15,704 nucleotides of DNA, from the IMG/VR virus record IMGVR_UViG_2703718817_000007. One strand, written 5' to 3'. Shown piece after piece: positions 1 to 7,686 of the stretch. A program made the position numbers and the translations under genes. Below the pieces are notes generated by a model. The model was not told the origin of the DNA and did no database searches. It saw only the letters and a list, made by a program, of their open reading frames with translations. Positions within the stretch are counted from its first letter, which is position 1. Each line of letters begins with the position of its first letter. This stretch comes from a virus. Taxonomy: Duplodnaviria > Heunggongvirae > Uroviricota > Caudoviricetes.

Positions 1-156
1 ATGAGGGACACCCCCGCGAACCATAAACGCGGTAAAAACCCGGTGTGCATCGTTTTTGATTATTCCCGCACACTCACGCAGAAGGAATTCCCCGTCGGGC
101 TACGGTCATGGTTAATGCGGGAATACGGCGACGATACAGCGCAGCTAAAAGGGTAA
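1..156 (+). CDS. Short ORF (51 codons) at the window edge; either a small gene or the 3' end of a gene starting outside the window
   Basis: ATG at 1 to TAA at 154-156, uninterrupted; protein-like composition (MRDTPANHKRGKNPVCIVFDYSRTLTQKEFPVGLRSWLMREYGDDTAQLKG). Not in the ORF track, which appears to list only ORFs of about 60 aa or more. No family recognised. Confidence 0.2.
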   Translation: MRDTPANHKRGKNPVCIVFDYSRTLTQKEFPVGLRSWLMREYGDDTAQLKG

Positions 157-324
157 TGGACAGATAGAGCGGTTTATTTCATTCCACAGGATTCTGAGTG
201 CCCCCCCCTCCTCCAATAGGCTGAGCATCCACCTATATAGTTTTAATTTTCATCAATCCATTTAACTATCGTTTAATTGTTGTCACATAGGATTCTGCCG
301 TTTTTAACAATGCAGGATAATAAG

Positions 325-618
325 ATGAAAAAAATGTTGTTTTCTGCCGCTCTGGCAATGCTTATTACAGGATGTGCTCAACAGACGTTTACTGTTGGAA
401 ACAAACCGACAGCAGTAACACCAAAGGAAACCATCACCCATCATTTCTTCGTTTCGGGAATTGGACAGGAGAAAACTGTTGATGCAGCCAAAATTTGTGG
501 CGGCGCAGAAAATGTTGTTAAAACAGAAACCCAGCAAACATTCGTAAATGGATTTCTCGGTTTTATTACTTTAGGCATTTATACTCCGCTGGAAGCGCGT
601 GTGTATTGCTCACAATAA
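325..618 (+). CDS. bor: Bor outer-membrane lipoprotein (serum-resistance lipoprotein of lambdoid phages), 97 aa
   Basis: ORF track 277..618 is the TTG-extended form; internal ATG at 325 follows AGGA at 313-316. N-terminal lipoprotein signal MKKMLFSAALAMLITGC (lipobox ITGC). Sequence agrees closely with lambda Bor / DLP12 BorD as recalled (QQTFTV..KETITHHFFVSGIGQ..ICGGAENVVKTETQQTF). Convergent with the lysis genes, as in lambda. Confidence 0.9.
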   Translation: MKKMLFSAALAMLITGCAQQTFTVGNKPTAVTPKETITHHFFVSGIGQEKTVDAAKICGGAENVVKTETQQTFVNGFLGFITLGIYTPLEARVYCSQ

Positions 619-625
619 TTGCATG

Positions 626-649
626 AGTTGCCCATCGATATGGGCAGCT
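626..649. terminator. GC-rich hairpin between convergent bor and the Rz remnant; possible weak bidirectional terminator
   Basis: Stem 626-635 pairs with 640-649 (core gcccat/atgggc), loop cgat; lies 8 nt after the bor stop. Flanking U-runs are poor on both strands. Confidence 0.35.
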
Positions 650-882
650 CTATCTGCACTGCTCATTAATATACTTCTGGGTTCCTTCCAGTTGTTTTTG
701 CATAGTGATCAGCCTCTCTCTGAGGGTGAAATAATCCCGTTCAGCGGTAACAGTTCTCTGGCATTTTTGTCGCGCTGGGCTTTGTAGGTAATGGCGTTAT
801 CACGGTAATGATTAACAGCCCATGACAGGCAGACGATGATGCAGATAACCAGAGCGGAGATAATCGCGGTTACTCTGTTCAT
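650..882 (-). pseudogene. Rz: Rz/Rz1 spanin remnant: Rz 5' end fused by internal deletion to the Rz1 reading frame; Rz 3' end retained out of frame
   Basis: Minus-strand ATG at 880-882 overlaps the endolysin stop (ATGA). The product [44 protein letters not shown] matches lambda Rz residues 1-44 as recalled, then continues [13 protein letters not shown], which is the recalled C-terminus of Rz1 (stop 709-711). One frame over, 650-745 encodes ..[31 protein letters not shown], the recalled Rz C-terminus. The ORF-track entry 709..894 is the GTG-extended form. Confidence 0.75.
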
Positions 883-1376
883 TGCTGACCCCACAAACAG
901 ATTTCACGCTCAATCTCACGACGAGTCATGAGACCTTTCCATTGCTTACCGCCAGCATATGTCCAGCGACGTAGCTGATCACATGCGCCTTTGATATCGC
1001 CCTGGTTTATTTTGCGAAGAAGCGTCGATGTTCTGAAATTGCCAGCACCCACGTTGTAAACGAATGAGTAAAGAGCGCCGCGCGTTGTTTCCGGTATATC
1101 GACTTTGATGTACGGGTTAATTTGTCTGGCGACAGTGGCAAGGTCTTTATTCAAGAGTGCTTTGCATTCTGCTTTGGTATACGTTTTACCGAGCATGATG
1201 TCTTTTCCTGTATGCCCGTGACATACAGTCCATACACCAACAATATCTTTGTATGGTATGTAGCTGACACCCTCCAGACCATCGTTACCACTTGAGCCAG
1301 TGATTAACACTGATGCTATAGCAATTGCTCCGCCACCAATAGCAGCAGCAACGGCTTTTCGTAATGATGGAGGCAT
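879..1376 (-). CDS. R: SAR endolysin (phage 21 R / DLP12 RrrD-type lysozyme), 165 aa
   Basis: ORF track 879..1376. N-terminal signal-anchor-release segment rich in Gly/Ala ([26 protein letters not shown]) followed by a lysozyme catalytic region ([13 protein letters not shown]). ATG at 1374-1376 overlaps the holin TAA (TAATG). Length matches RrrD (165 aa) as recalled. Confidence 0.9.
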   Translation of the reverse strand: MPPSLRKAVAAAIGGGAIAIASVLITGSSGNDGLEGVSYIPYKDIVGVWTVCHGHTGKDIMLGKTYTKAECKALLNKDLATVARQINPYIKVDIPETTRGALYSFVYNVGAGNFRTSTLLRKINQGDIKGACDQLRRWTYAGGKQWKGLMTRREIEREICLWGQQ

Positions 1377-1591
1377 TATTCACCTCTCGCAGCCTTGCGC
1401 TTATCTTCTTTAATCTTGAAATAAAGGTTTGTCAGGTACGTCAGCAAGCCAAATACCAGGCTACCCAGCACTCCAATTGCCGCCCACTGTGAGGGCGTGA
1501 CTTTATCTAGCAGCTGTAAAAACCAGTATCCGGCACTACCTGCTGAGGTGCCATAGGCGACACCCGTTGTTAACTTATCCATGGATTTCAT
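1376..1591 (-). CDS. S: Class II pinholin (S21 / EssD-like), 71 aa, with dual-start motif
   Basis: ORF track 1376..1591. MKSMDK.. N-terminus gives Met1/Met4 dual starts typical of S21 antiholin/holin; two hydrophobic segments; C-terminus [22 protein letters not shown] upstream of the ATG at 1589-1591. Confidence 0.9.
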
Positions 1592-1719
1592 AACCCCACC
1601 TCGCAGACAAAGCGGGTGTAAATTAAGGGGATACTACGTATCGCAATAAAGGCAGAAACGTAACAGATTCGGAGTCAGTGAATAACTCAGGTATTGGGTT
1701 ATCAGCTAATATCGAGACT

Positions 1720-1753
1720 CAAAAAATGGAAAAACCCGCTCGACGGCGGGTTT
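1720..1753 (-). terminator. Intrinsic terminator on the minus strand between the porin upstream region and the holin gene
   Basis: 8-bp stem aaacccgc (1732-1739) / gcgggttt (1746-1753), loop 1740-1745; on the minus strand the stem is followed by uuccauuuuuu (reverse complement of 1721-1731). Lies in the path of the Q-dependent late transcript. Confidence 0.5.
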
Positions 1754-2180
1754 AAGCTGTGTGACGAAGTAACCACTCTTAACAGCATAACCAATTTTTT
1801 ACGTACGTAAACTACTAAATGATATTTGTGAGAATGCCACCGAGTGTTCAAAACACCACCACAAATACATAAGAAAACTTCAACAAATAACCAATGAATA
1901 ATTTCCGATGTTATTTTTAGTTTGTTTAAATTAAGCTAAAGAATTATAGATCTCTTATAAATAAGTGCCATTAATATAAATTAGCTAATAGATTTATTTT
2001 CGTTCAAACAAGAGCCATGAATAGGATTAGATAGAAAAGGTTTAGATAAAAATAGAGATCTACTTCACAAATTAAATGAGAAACTAAAACTTACATCTTG
2101 AAATAATCGCATTGATTAGATGAATATTTATCGCGCAGTGACATCATTTTTTAATAATAGTTCAAAAAAAAGGGCGTACA

Positions 2181-3263
2181 ATGAAAAAATTAACAGTGGC
2201 AATTTCTGCTGTAGCTGCATCAGTACTGATGGCGATGTCTGCTCAGGCAGCTGAAATTTATAATAAAGACAGTAACAAGCTGGATCTATACGGGAAAGTT
2301 AATGCCAAGCACTACTTCTCCTCTAATGATGCAGATGATGGTGATACTACTTATGCCCGTCTTGGCTTCAAAGGTGAAACCCAAATCAACGATCAACTGA
2401 CTGGTTTCGGTCAGTGGGAATATGAATTCAAAGGCAACCGTGCTGAATCTCAAGGTTCTTCCAAAGACAAAACCCGTCTTGCATTTGCAGGCCTGAAATT
2501 TGGTGATTACGGCTCAATCGATTACGGCCGTAACTACGGTGTAGCATACGACATCGGTGCGTGGACTGACGTCCTGCCAGAATTCGGTGGTGATACCTGG
2601 ACCCAAACAGATGTGTTCATGACTGGTCGCACTACTGGTGTTGCAACTTATCGTAACAACGACTTCTTTGGTCTGGTCGATGGCCTGAACTTTGCTGCTC
2701 AGTATCAGGGTAAAAATGACCGCACTGACGTAACTGAAGCCAATGGTGATGGTTTCGGTTTCTCCACTACTTATGAGTATGAAGGATTCGGCGTGGGTGC
2801 AACCTATGCTAAATCAGATCGCACTGACGGTCAGGTCGCCTATGGTAAGAGCAAATTCAATGCCTCCGGCAAAAATGCGGAAGTATGGGCTGCAGGCCTG
2901 AAATATGATGCGAACAATATCTATCTGGCTACCACATATTCTGAAACTCAGAATATGACCGTTTTTGGTAATAACCATATTGCAAACAAAGCACAAAACT
3001 TTGAAGCAGTAGCACAATATCAGTTTGACTTCGGTCTGCGTCCATCTGTTGCTTACCTTCAGTCAAAAGGTAAAGACCTTGGTGTTCATGGTGACCGAGA
3101 CTTAGTCAAGTATGTCGATGTCGGTGCTACTTACTACTTTAATAAAAACATGTCCACTTTTGTTGATTACAAAATCAACTTAATTGACGATAGTAAGTTT
3201 ACCAAAACAGCTGGTATTGATACCGACGACATCGTCGCTGTAGGTCTGGTTTATCAGTTCTAA
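2181..3263 (+). CDS. nmpC: Outer-membrane general porin of the OmpC/OmpF family (NmpC / phage PA-2 Lc-like), intact, 360 aa
   Basis: ORF track 2181..3263. Signal peptide [23 protein letters not shown]|AEIYNK; porin hallmarks ([15 protein letters not shown].., Gly/Tyr-rich beta strands, C-terminal ..VAVGLVYQF). Sits between Q and the lysis genes in the opposite orientation, as nmpC does in DLP12. Preceded by a roughly 400-bp AT-rich region (1780-2180). Confidence 0.9.
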   Translation: MKKLTVAISAVAASVLMAMSAQAAEIYNKDSNKLDLYGKVNAKHYFSSNDADDGDTTYARLGFKGETQINDQLTGFGQWEYEFKGNRAESQGSSKDKTRLAFAGLKFGDYGSIDYGRNYGVAYDIGAWTDVLPEFGGDTWTQTDVFMTGRTTGVATYRNNDFFGLVDGLNFAAQYQGKNDRTDVTEANGDGFGFSTTYEYEGFGVGATYAKSDRTDGQVAYGKSKFNASGKNAEVWAAGLKYDANNIYLATTYSETQNMTVFGNNHIANKAQNFEAVAQYQFDFGLRPSVAYLQSKGKDLGVHGDRDLVKYVDVGATYYFNKNMSTFVDYKINLIDDSKFTKTAGIDTDDIVAVGLVYQF

Positions 3264-3270
3264 TCTGACT

Positions 3271-3311
3271 TACGAAAAAGATATGTTGCGGGAGGCTTTG
3301 CCTCCGCAACA
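3271..3311 (-). terminator. Candidate tR'-like intrinsic terminator for the short pR' transcript (minus strand)
   Basis: GC-rich hairpin tgttgcgggagg (3284-3295) / cctccgcaaca (3301-3311) with one bulge; on the minus strand it is followed by uaucuuuuucg (reverse complement of 3271-3283). No U-run on the plus strand. Confidence 0.45.
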
Positions 3312-3451
3312 TATAAGTGGAGCCCTCAAGCCACTTCCTTTAGAAGCACTACCTTGCTTCTTACTATATAAACCTTCTGTTATATATTACCCTTTATTTT
3401 GGGGGCGTTTCCACGCCCCATTTTTAATAACTTTTAGTAAACAATTGCATA
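3312..3451 (-). promoter_or_regulatory. Region expected to hold the late promoter pR' and the Q-utilisation (qut) site; exact -35/-10 not resolved
   Basis: Lies immediately downstream of the Q stop (3452) and upstream of the tR'-like hairpin, the arrangement known from lambda and 82. Several imperfect sigma70-like hexamers (e.g. ttgata..., tatagt on the minus strand) but none unambiguous. Confidence 0.3.
3402..3426 (+). terminator. Plus-strand intrinsic terminator, likely for the porin transcript
   Basis: Stem ggggcg (3402-3407) / cgcccc (3414-3419), loop tttcca, followed by atttttaat on the plus strand. Confidence 0.45.
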
Positions 3452-3835
3452 TCAATTAGAATTATTAGCAACGATATCCATATCTAACCGGATATCTAAT
3501 GCCATTAACATCCCTTCAATTATGCCCTCAGCCTTCTGTAACCTTTTCCCGATATAACCATCCGAGCAGCAATGCTTACTTGCCAGTGACATGAATGTCA
3601 TACCACATACATAATAATCTACTAATAAATCGTGTAAATCGCTGTTGTTCTTTTTCAGACGGGCCATGCACCCGCAAATGATCATCGCGTCATCGTCACA
3701 ACATTGCGGGCGAGATTTTACTTTTGAAGGAATTAATCCCTTAAAACCGGCGGCAATGGACGACCAGGTCACATCTTCATGATTATTAGCCGCCCACGCT
3801 CCCCAACGTTCAAGAACCATCTGAATATCACGCAT
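3452..3835 (-). CDS. Q: Late-gene antiterminator Q (phage 82 / DLP12 QuuD family), 127 aa
   Basis: ORF track 3452..3850 is the TTG-extended form; ATG at 3833-3835 follows GGAG. Product starts [24 protein letters not shown].. with Cys-rich zinc-binding core ([17 protein letters not shown]); length equals QuuD as recalled. Confidence 0.85.
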   Translation of the reverse strand: MRDIQMVLERWGAWAANNHEDVTWSSIAAGFKGLIPSKVKSRPQCCDDDAMIICGCMARLKKNNSDLHDLLVDYYVCGMTFMSLASKHCCSDGYIGKRLQKAEGIIEGMLMALDIRLDMDIVANNSN

Positions 3836-3852
3836 TAACTTTCTCCACAAAA

Positions 3853-4848
3853 TCAGGCCAGCACACCAATCGCCAGTGCGCGATCGATAAAACGAAATAT
3901 CAGCTCCAGCTGGGAGCCATACTTCTCTTCAAATGCCACGGTATCCGCATGCAGCTCGTCGTGATGCTTTCTGCACAAAGGCAACACAAAAAGGTCATGC
4001 GCTTTTGTACCCATTCCCCCCTGACCGTGGCCTATCAGGTGGTGGGGATCATCAGCAGGTTTTCCACAACATGCGCACGGCTGCGTCTTAACCCAGCGCG
4101 TGTACTTTTCATTAACCCAGCGGTGACGTTTTGGGCGTAACATAAAAGACTCCGGCGACTCCGGATCCACTTTCAGCGCCAGCACCTTTTTCGCCTTATC
4201 CTGGATGATGCTGGTGGCAGGAACCGAAGGCACAAGGTCACTTTCCCGGGTAACAGACGGCACAACAGGCTTCGGTAATCTCAGTGCCTTACGGGCTGCA
4301 CTTTCCGGTAAGGCATCCGCCAGATCATTACGAATCAGCCACCAGCACAGTTCCGGCATTGTCACAACATGACTGTCATCAAAACCGAGATCCCGACGCA
4401 CAACAGACAACACCCAGCGGGCACAGTTATCCGTTGCCATTGATTCCAGCCGTTCCGTGAACTGATCGCGCAGCTGGTTATCGCAGTGCCAGCACAGACG
4501 GATTGCGCCCGGAGCGTGTCGCATTGTTGTCATGTTCTCGCTGTGCCAGTCGGAATGAGGCCACTGGCAGCCTTTTTCACGAAGTAACCAGCTTTCAAGA
4601 CATTCCACGCCACCAGCACGACGGATCACTGCCTCATTGCGGAACACGGCCCGAACGGCAGGATCATCCGCCAGCGGTTGTGATGCCGCCGGAACGGCAC
4701 CACTGGCGAAAGATGAATAACGTTCCGGCTCAGGCTCCAGCAGGACACGCCCCTGCATAAACAAGGGCATCAGCTCTGAACCTGGTCTGAACAATACGAT
4801 CCCCATACGCGGGGCAATTTCAGGGGTCAGTAGTGCTCTCACGGTCAC
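3853..4848 (-). CDS. Phage protein with C-terminal Cys/His-rich HNH-like motif (DUF968-like by recollection); function unknown
   Basis: ORF track 3853..4848 (GTG start overlapping the upstream stop; an alternative ATG at the RMGIVLF codon exists). C-terminus [43 protein letters not shown] has paired Cys and His-His motifs. Family name is from memory, unverified. Confidence 0.5.
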   Translation of the reverse strand: MTVRALLTPEIAPRMGIVLFRPGSELMPLFMQGRVLLEPEPERYSSFASGAVPAASQPLADDPAVRAVFRNEAVIRRAGGVECLESWLLREKGCQWPHSDWHSENMTTMRHAPGAIRLCWHCDNQLRDQFTERLESMATDNCARWVLSVVRRDLGFDDSHVVTMPELCWWLIRNDLADALPESAARKALRLPKPVVPSVTRESDLVPSVPATSIIQDKAKKVLALKVDPESPESFMLRPKRHRWVNEKYTRWVKTQPCACCGKPADDPHHLIGHGQGGMGTKAHDLFVLPLCRKHHDELHADTVAFEEKYGSQLELIFRFIDRALAIGVLA

Positions 4849-4849
4849 C

Positions 4850-5665
4850 TCAATGAACGGTATCGAGCAGCTTTAACAGCTCAGGGAATCGGGATTCGAA
4901 GAAATGCGGCTGCGTCTCGCGCGGATTTGCAGGACTGGTGATGTTCTTGCCGAACATGCAGCCTTTCGCGGTCAGCGACCAGAATTTTTTGATGTTGTTA
5001 ATCGCGGTACGGCTGTATCGTTCGCGTTGTTCAACGATCCCCAGCTTCGCCATCTGGTGATATGCCTGATTAGCCGTCAGGCGGATACCATACTGCTTCA
5101 GCAGTGCACTCAGCGACAGCGTAGGGCGGCTTGAACCATCTGGCGCATCAGCAGGTGCATCAATGGCATAGATCGGCATAAGTTCAGGAAGACCAGCTAC
5201 CTTTGATAATTTCTGGTATGCACCAAGTTTCGAGGAGTTTGACAGATTTAGAGTCTTTGCTGCTGATTCAAGCAGAATGACCCCGGATTTAATTTTGTCG
5301 GATGTGGTTTCTTCTGGTGATGAATTATGAAGCGCATCAAAAGTACGTATCACTTTTAAGCTGAATGCCGGGCTGATCCACATTGCATATGCATAGACCA
5401 GCTCTTTACAGACATACGTCCCACCATTGCGCCCCTGAATGGTGATGACAGGAATACTACGGGAATCTCCCGTAGTTTCTTCTTCCAATAATTCCACAAG
5501 AGCCTTCGTTTCAGGACGACGCATAAACTCGTGAACTTCCAGCGAACGGGAGGAGCGATTCTCACCAGCGGCAAGAAGAGCTGCTTTCTGAAGGTCGTTA
5601 AGACAGTAGTTAGATTCGAAGTACTGGCGCACAGAAACGCCATCAATTACAAGCAACTGATTCAT
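4850..5665 (-). CDS. KilA-N domain protein (phage antirepressor/Bro-like architecture), 271 aa
   Basis: ORF track 4850..5677 is the GTG-extended form; ATG at 5663-5665 follows GGAGAAA. N-terminal 100 aa resemble the KilA-N fold (MNQLLVIDGVSVRQ.., ..TYVCKELVYAYAMWISPAFSLKVIRTF); C-terminal half is a separate domain. A consensus LexA box lies just upstream. Confidence 0.7.
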   Translation of the reverse strand: MNQLLVIDGVSVRQYFESNYCLNDLQKAALLAAGENRSSRSLEVHEFMRRPETKALVELLEEETTGDSRSIPVITIQGRNGGTYVCKELVYAYAMWISPAFSLKVIRTFDALHNSSPEETTSDKIKSGVILLESAAKTLNLSNSSKLGAYQKLSKVAGLPELMPIYAIDAPADAPDGSSRPTLSLSALLKQYGIRLTANQAYHQMAKLGIVEQRERYSRTAINNIKKFWSLTAKGCMFGKNITSPANPRETQPHFFESRFPELLKLLDTVH

Positions 5666-5762
5666 TGGTTTCTCCACAAATTTTTATCCACGAGCGGGAC
5701 TGCACTCCCTTTTCGTTGATGCAGGATGAACTTACTGCGATTTTTAATAGTTATCAAGGATA

Positions 5763-5782
5763 CACTGTTCATAAATACAGTA
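5763..5782. promoter_or_regulatory. Consensus-like LexA (SOS) box in the rusA / KilA-N intergenic region
   Basis: cACTGTtcataaatACAGta at 5763-5782: CTGT-N8-ACAG with an AT-rich spacer, close to the TACTG(TA)5CAGTA consensus. On the minus strand it sits immediately upstream of a candidate promoter (TTGATA-17-TAAGTT) for the KilA-N gene. Confidence 0.55.
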
Positions 5783-5827
5783 TCTTTAACGAGGTAATAC
5801 CCAAATTTAGGGTGTTGCTCAATTCCG

Positions 5828-6223
5828 TTACCGAGTTGCTAATTTGCAACTCGCTTTTTCGTACTTACTGATAGTGATCTCGACCTTCCCCTCCGGGATA
5901 ACCGGTCCCCACTCCACCAGCATTCTTTTCACCTGACTGTCGTCTTCCCACACACCCGCGTGGGTCAGGGCGTCAAACAGCGCCTTGTTATAGTTGTCCA
6001 GATCGCGGATCCGGTTATCCGGAGGAAACAACACGATCTCCACTGAAGCAGGTGCCGACGTTGGTTTCGGCAGACGACGTAACTGCTCAACTATTGCTGC
6101 ACACGCCGCGCTCTGGAATTTTCGCCCCGCCGCGCTTATCAGGCTCTTACCAGCAAACGCCCCTTTGTTGGGGTGTCGCCAGTACGTGTTCACGCTGGGC
6201 GGAAAAGGTAGGATCAGCTTCAT
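5828..6223 (-). CDS. rusA: RusA-family Holliday junction resolvase, 131 aa
   Basis: ORF track 5828..6223. MKLILPFPPSVNTYWRH.. with the RusA acidic catalytic region (..DNRIRDLDNYNKALFDALTHAGVWEDDSQV). ATG overlaps the upstream gene stop (ATGA). Confidence 0.85.
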   Translation of the reverse strand: MKLILPFPPSVNTYWRHPNKGAFAGKSLISAAGRKFQSAACAAIVEQLRRLPKPTSAPASVEIVLFPPDNRIRDLDNYNKALFDALTHAGVWEDDSQVKRMLVEWGPVIPEGKVEITISKYEKASCKLATR

Positions 6224-6546
6224 ACTTTCAGGCCCCTCTCATGTAACCAGTGGGCTGCACGCAGCCTGGCGTTTTCCTCACCGGCAAGCAGTGAGCGGAT
6301 AATCCCGACCGCCTCGCTGTCGTCGTCCTTCACCACGGTATGAAGCGTGATCCCCCGGGCCACACCACGCTTTATCGTGATGACGCCTTTTTTCTCCAGT
6401 GCGCGAAGATGCTCCACCGCTGCATTCACTGAACGGTATCCCAGCATGGTTGCCACCTCCTGATTGGTTGGCGGGAAGCCACGTTCTTTCTGATAAGAAA
6501 TCAGCATATCCAGCACCTGCTGCTGGCATTGAGTTAACGTCGTCAT
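6220..6546 (-). CDS. Small protein consisting of a LexA-type N-terminal winged-helix DNA-binding domain only, no S24 peptidase domain, 108 aa
   Basis: ORF track 6220..6546. LTQCQQQVLDMLISYQKERGFPPTNQEVATMLGYRSVNAAVEHLRALEKKGVITIKRGVARGITL parallels the E. coli LexA N-terminus ([55 protein letters not shown]) as recalled. Only about 35 aa follow. ATGA overlaps at both ends. Confidence 0.7.
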   Translation of the reverse strand: MTTLTQCQQQVLDMLISYQKERGFPPTNQEVATMLGYRSVNAAVEHLRALEKKGVITIKRGVARGITLHTVVKDDDSEAVGIIRSLLAGEENARLRAAHWLHERGLKV

Positions 6547-7196
6547 GCCGCCATCTCCCTGACCAGTTTTTCCGCCTGCTGGCGAACCTGCGCCAGAAAC
6601 GCCTCACCACATGCCTCAAGTTCATCGCGCCCGATGTAGCTGATTGCCGGTCCCTTCCAGGTCTTGTCGAAAACAGCAATAGCACCAGCGAAGAAAGCGC
6701 CTGTCGGCACCTGCTTCTCATCTTTCGGGATAAACCAGGCAGGCAGTTCAAAACCAATACGCCCGCGAATAAAAGCAATATGATCTGCATCTTCCGGCCA
6801 CCACACTTCGCTGGTGGCAGCTTTGATCAGGAAAACATAGCGCCCACCTTTATCACGCATGGCACTGGCATGCTTCATGATGTAACGCATGCCTGTGATG
6901 TATTGCCCCTCATGCTGACTGGCGCGGCTGTATGGGGGATTACCAAAGGCAGCACCTTTAAGCTCCGCAAGACGTTCTGACCAGTCATGCGCCAGCGCGT
7001 TGTCTTCCGCCGTGTAATACGCAGCACATTTGGTGTTATCACCGTCAGTGAACAGATCCAGAACAAACGGGCCAAACAGGGTGTTAATTCCCCAGAAAAT
7101 GTTGTCCGGCGTGCGCCACTGATCGCCCACTTCCTTCAGTTCATGGGCTGGTTTGTTCCGCAGTTCCACCAGCGCCTGGCAATATTTATTACTCAT
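6543..7196 (-). CDS. Phage DNA N6-adenine methyltransferase (Dam-like, YfdM-type), 217 aa
   Basis: ORF track 6543..7229 is the GTG-extended form; ATG at 7194-7196 overlaps the upstream TAA (TAATG). Contains the NPPY catalytic motif (AAFGNPPYS) of amino-methyltransferases. Confidence 0.8.
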   Translation of the reverse strand: MSNKYCQALVELRNKPAHELKEVGDQWRTPDNIFWGINTLFGPFVLDLFTDGDNTKCAAYYTAEDNALAHDWSERLAELKGAAFGNPPYSRASQHEGQYITGMRYIMKHASAMRDKGGRYVFLIKAATSEVWWPEDADHIAFIRGRIGFELPAWFIPKDEKQVPTGAFFAGAIAVFDKTWKGPAISYIGRDELEACGEAFLAQVRQQAEKLVREMAA

Positions 7197-7684
7197 TAAG
7201 CCCCCACGTAATTCCCTGACAGATACCACTCTTCACCCGATGCAGCGCGCTTGCTGCTTTTCCGTAAACACCGCTCACGACGCGCCAGAAAATTGTTTCG
7301 TTCTGGTTGGGAGTGGCTTTCACGGAATGCCGCCATCCACACGGTTGCAGCACGACGGTATAAGCCCCTGGACTCCAGTTCTTCAGCCTGGCGGGTCAGG
7401 CACAAAATTACCCGTGGATCGTTAGTGCCGACATAGAAATTGCGCGCAGGTCTGGTTTCACGAACTGGTTGTGGTTCCGGCTCCTGCGCTCTCTCAGTCA
7501 GGCGCGGGAAATGTCTGCGTGTATCCCCTTCACAACGGTGAGCCACACGCCCACTCTGACGTAACTTGCTTGCTGACTGCAGAACGCGCTGCCGTGAGTA
7601 GCCTGCAAAAGCATCCGCAATGTCTCCGGAAGTACACCCCGGATGGGCTTCAATGAATTTCTGAACTTCATTCAAAAGACTCAT
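7196..7684 (-). CDS. PerC-like / YfdN-like putative transcriptional activator, 162 aa
   Basis: ORF track 7196..7684. C-terminal ..EELESRGLYRRAATVWMAAFRESHSQPERNNFLARRERCLRKS resembles the PerC-family signature as recalled; length close to K-12 YfdN (164 aa). SD AGGGGG before the ATG. Confidence 0.5.
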   Translation of the reverse strand: MSLLNEVQKFIEAHPGCTSGDIADAFAGYSRQRVLQSASKLRQSGRVAHRCEGDTRRHFPRLTERAQEPEPQPVRETRPARNFYVGTNDPRVILCLTRQAEELESRGLYRRAATVWMAAFRESHSQPERNNFLARRERCLRKSSKRAASGEEWYLSGNYVGA

Positions 7685-7686
7685 GA

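Noticed and set aside
599-787. 62-aa plus-strand ORF overlapping the spanin region
   Set aside because: Antisense to the Rz remnant; no SD, implausible composition.
3949-5134. Plus-strand ORFs (63, 85 and 76 aa) inside the Cys/His-protein and KilA-N genes
   Set aside because: Antisense to better-supported minus-strand genes; no start context.
5665-5871. 68-aa plus-strand ORF spanning the rusA / KilA-N intergenic region
   Set aside because: It overlaps both flanking gene ends and the LexA box/promoter region; no ribosome-binding site; the region is better explained as regulatory DNA.
6278-6980. Long overlapping ORFs (170 aa minus, 193 aa plus) across the LexA-like and Dam genes
   Set aside because: Alternative-frame and antisense ORFs within GC-rich coding sequence; the Dam (NPPY) and LexA-like frames have recognisable domains and coupled starts, these do not.
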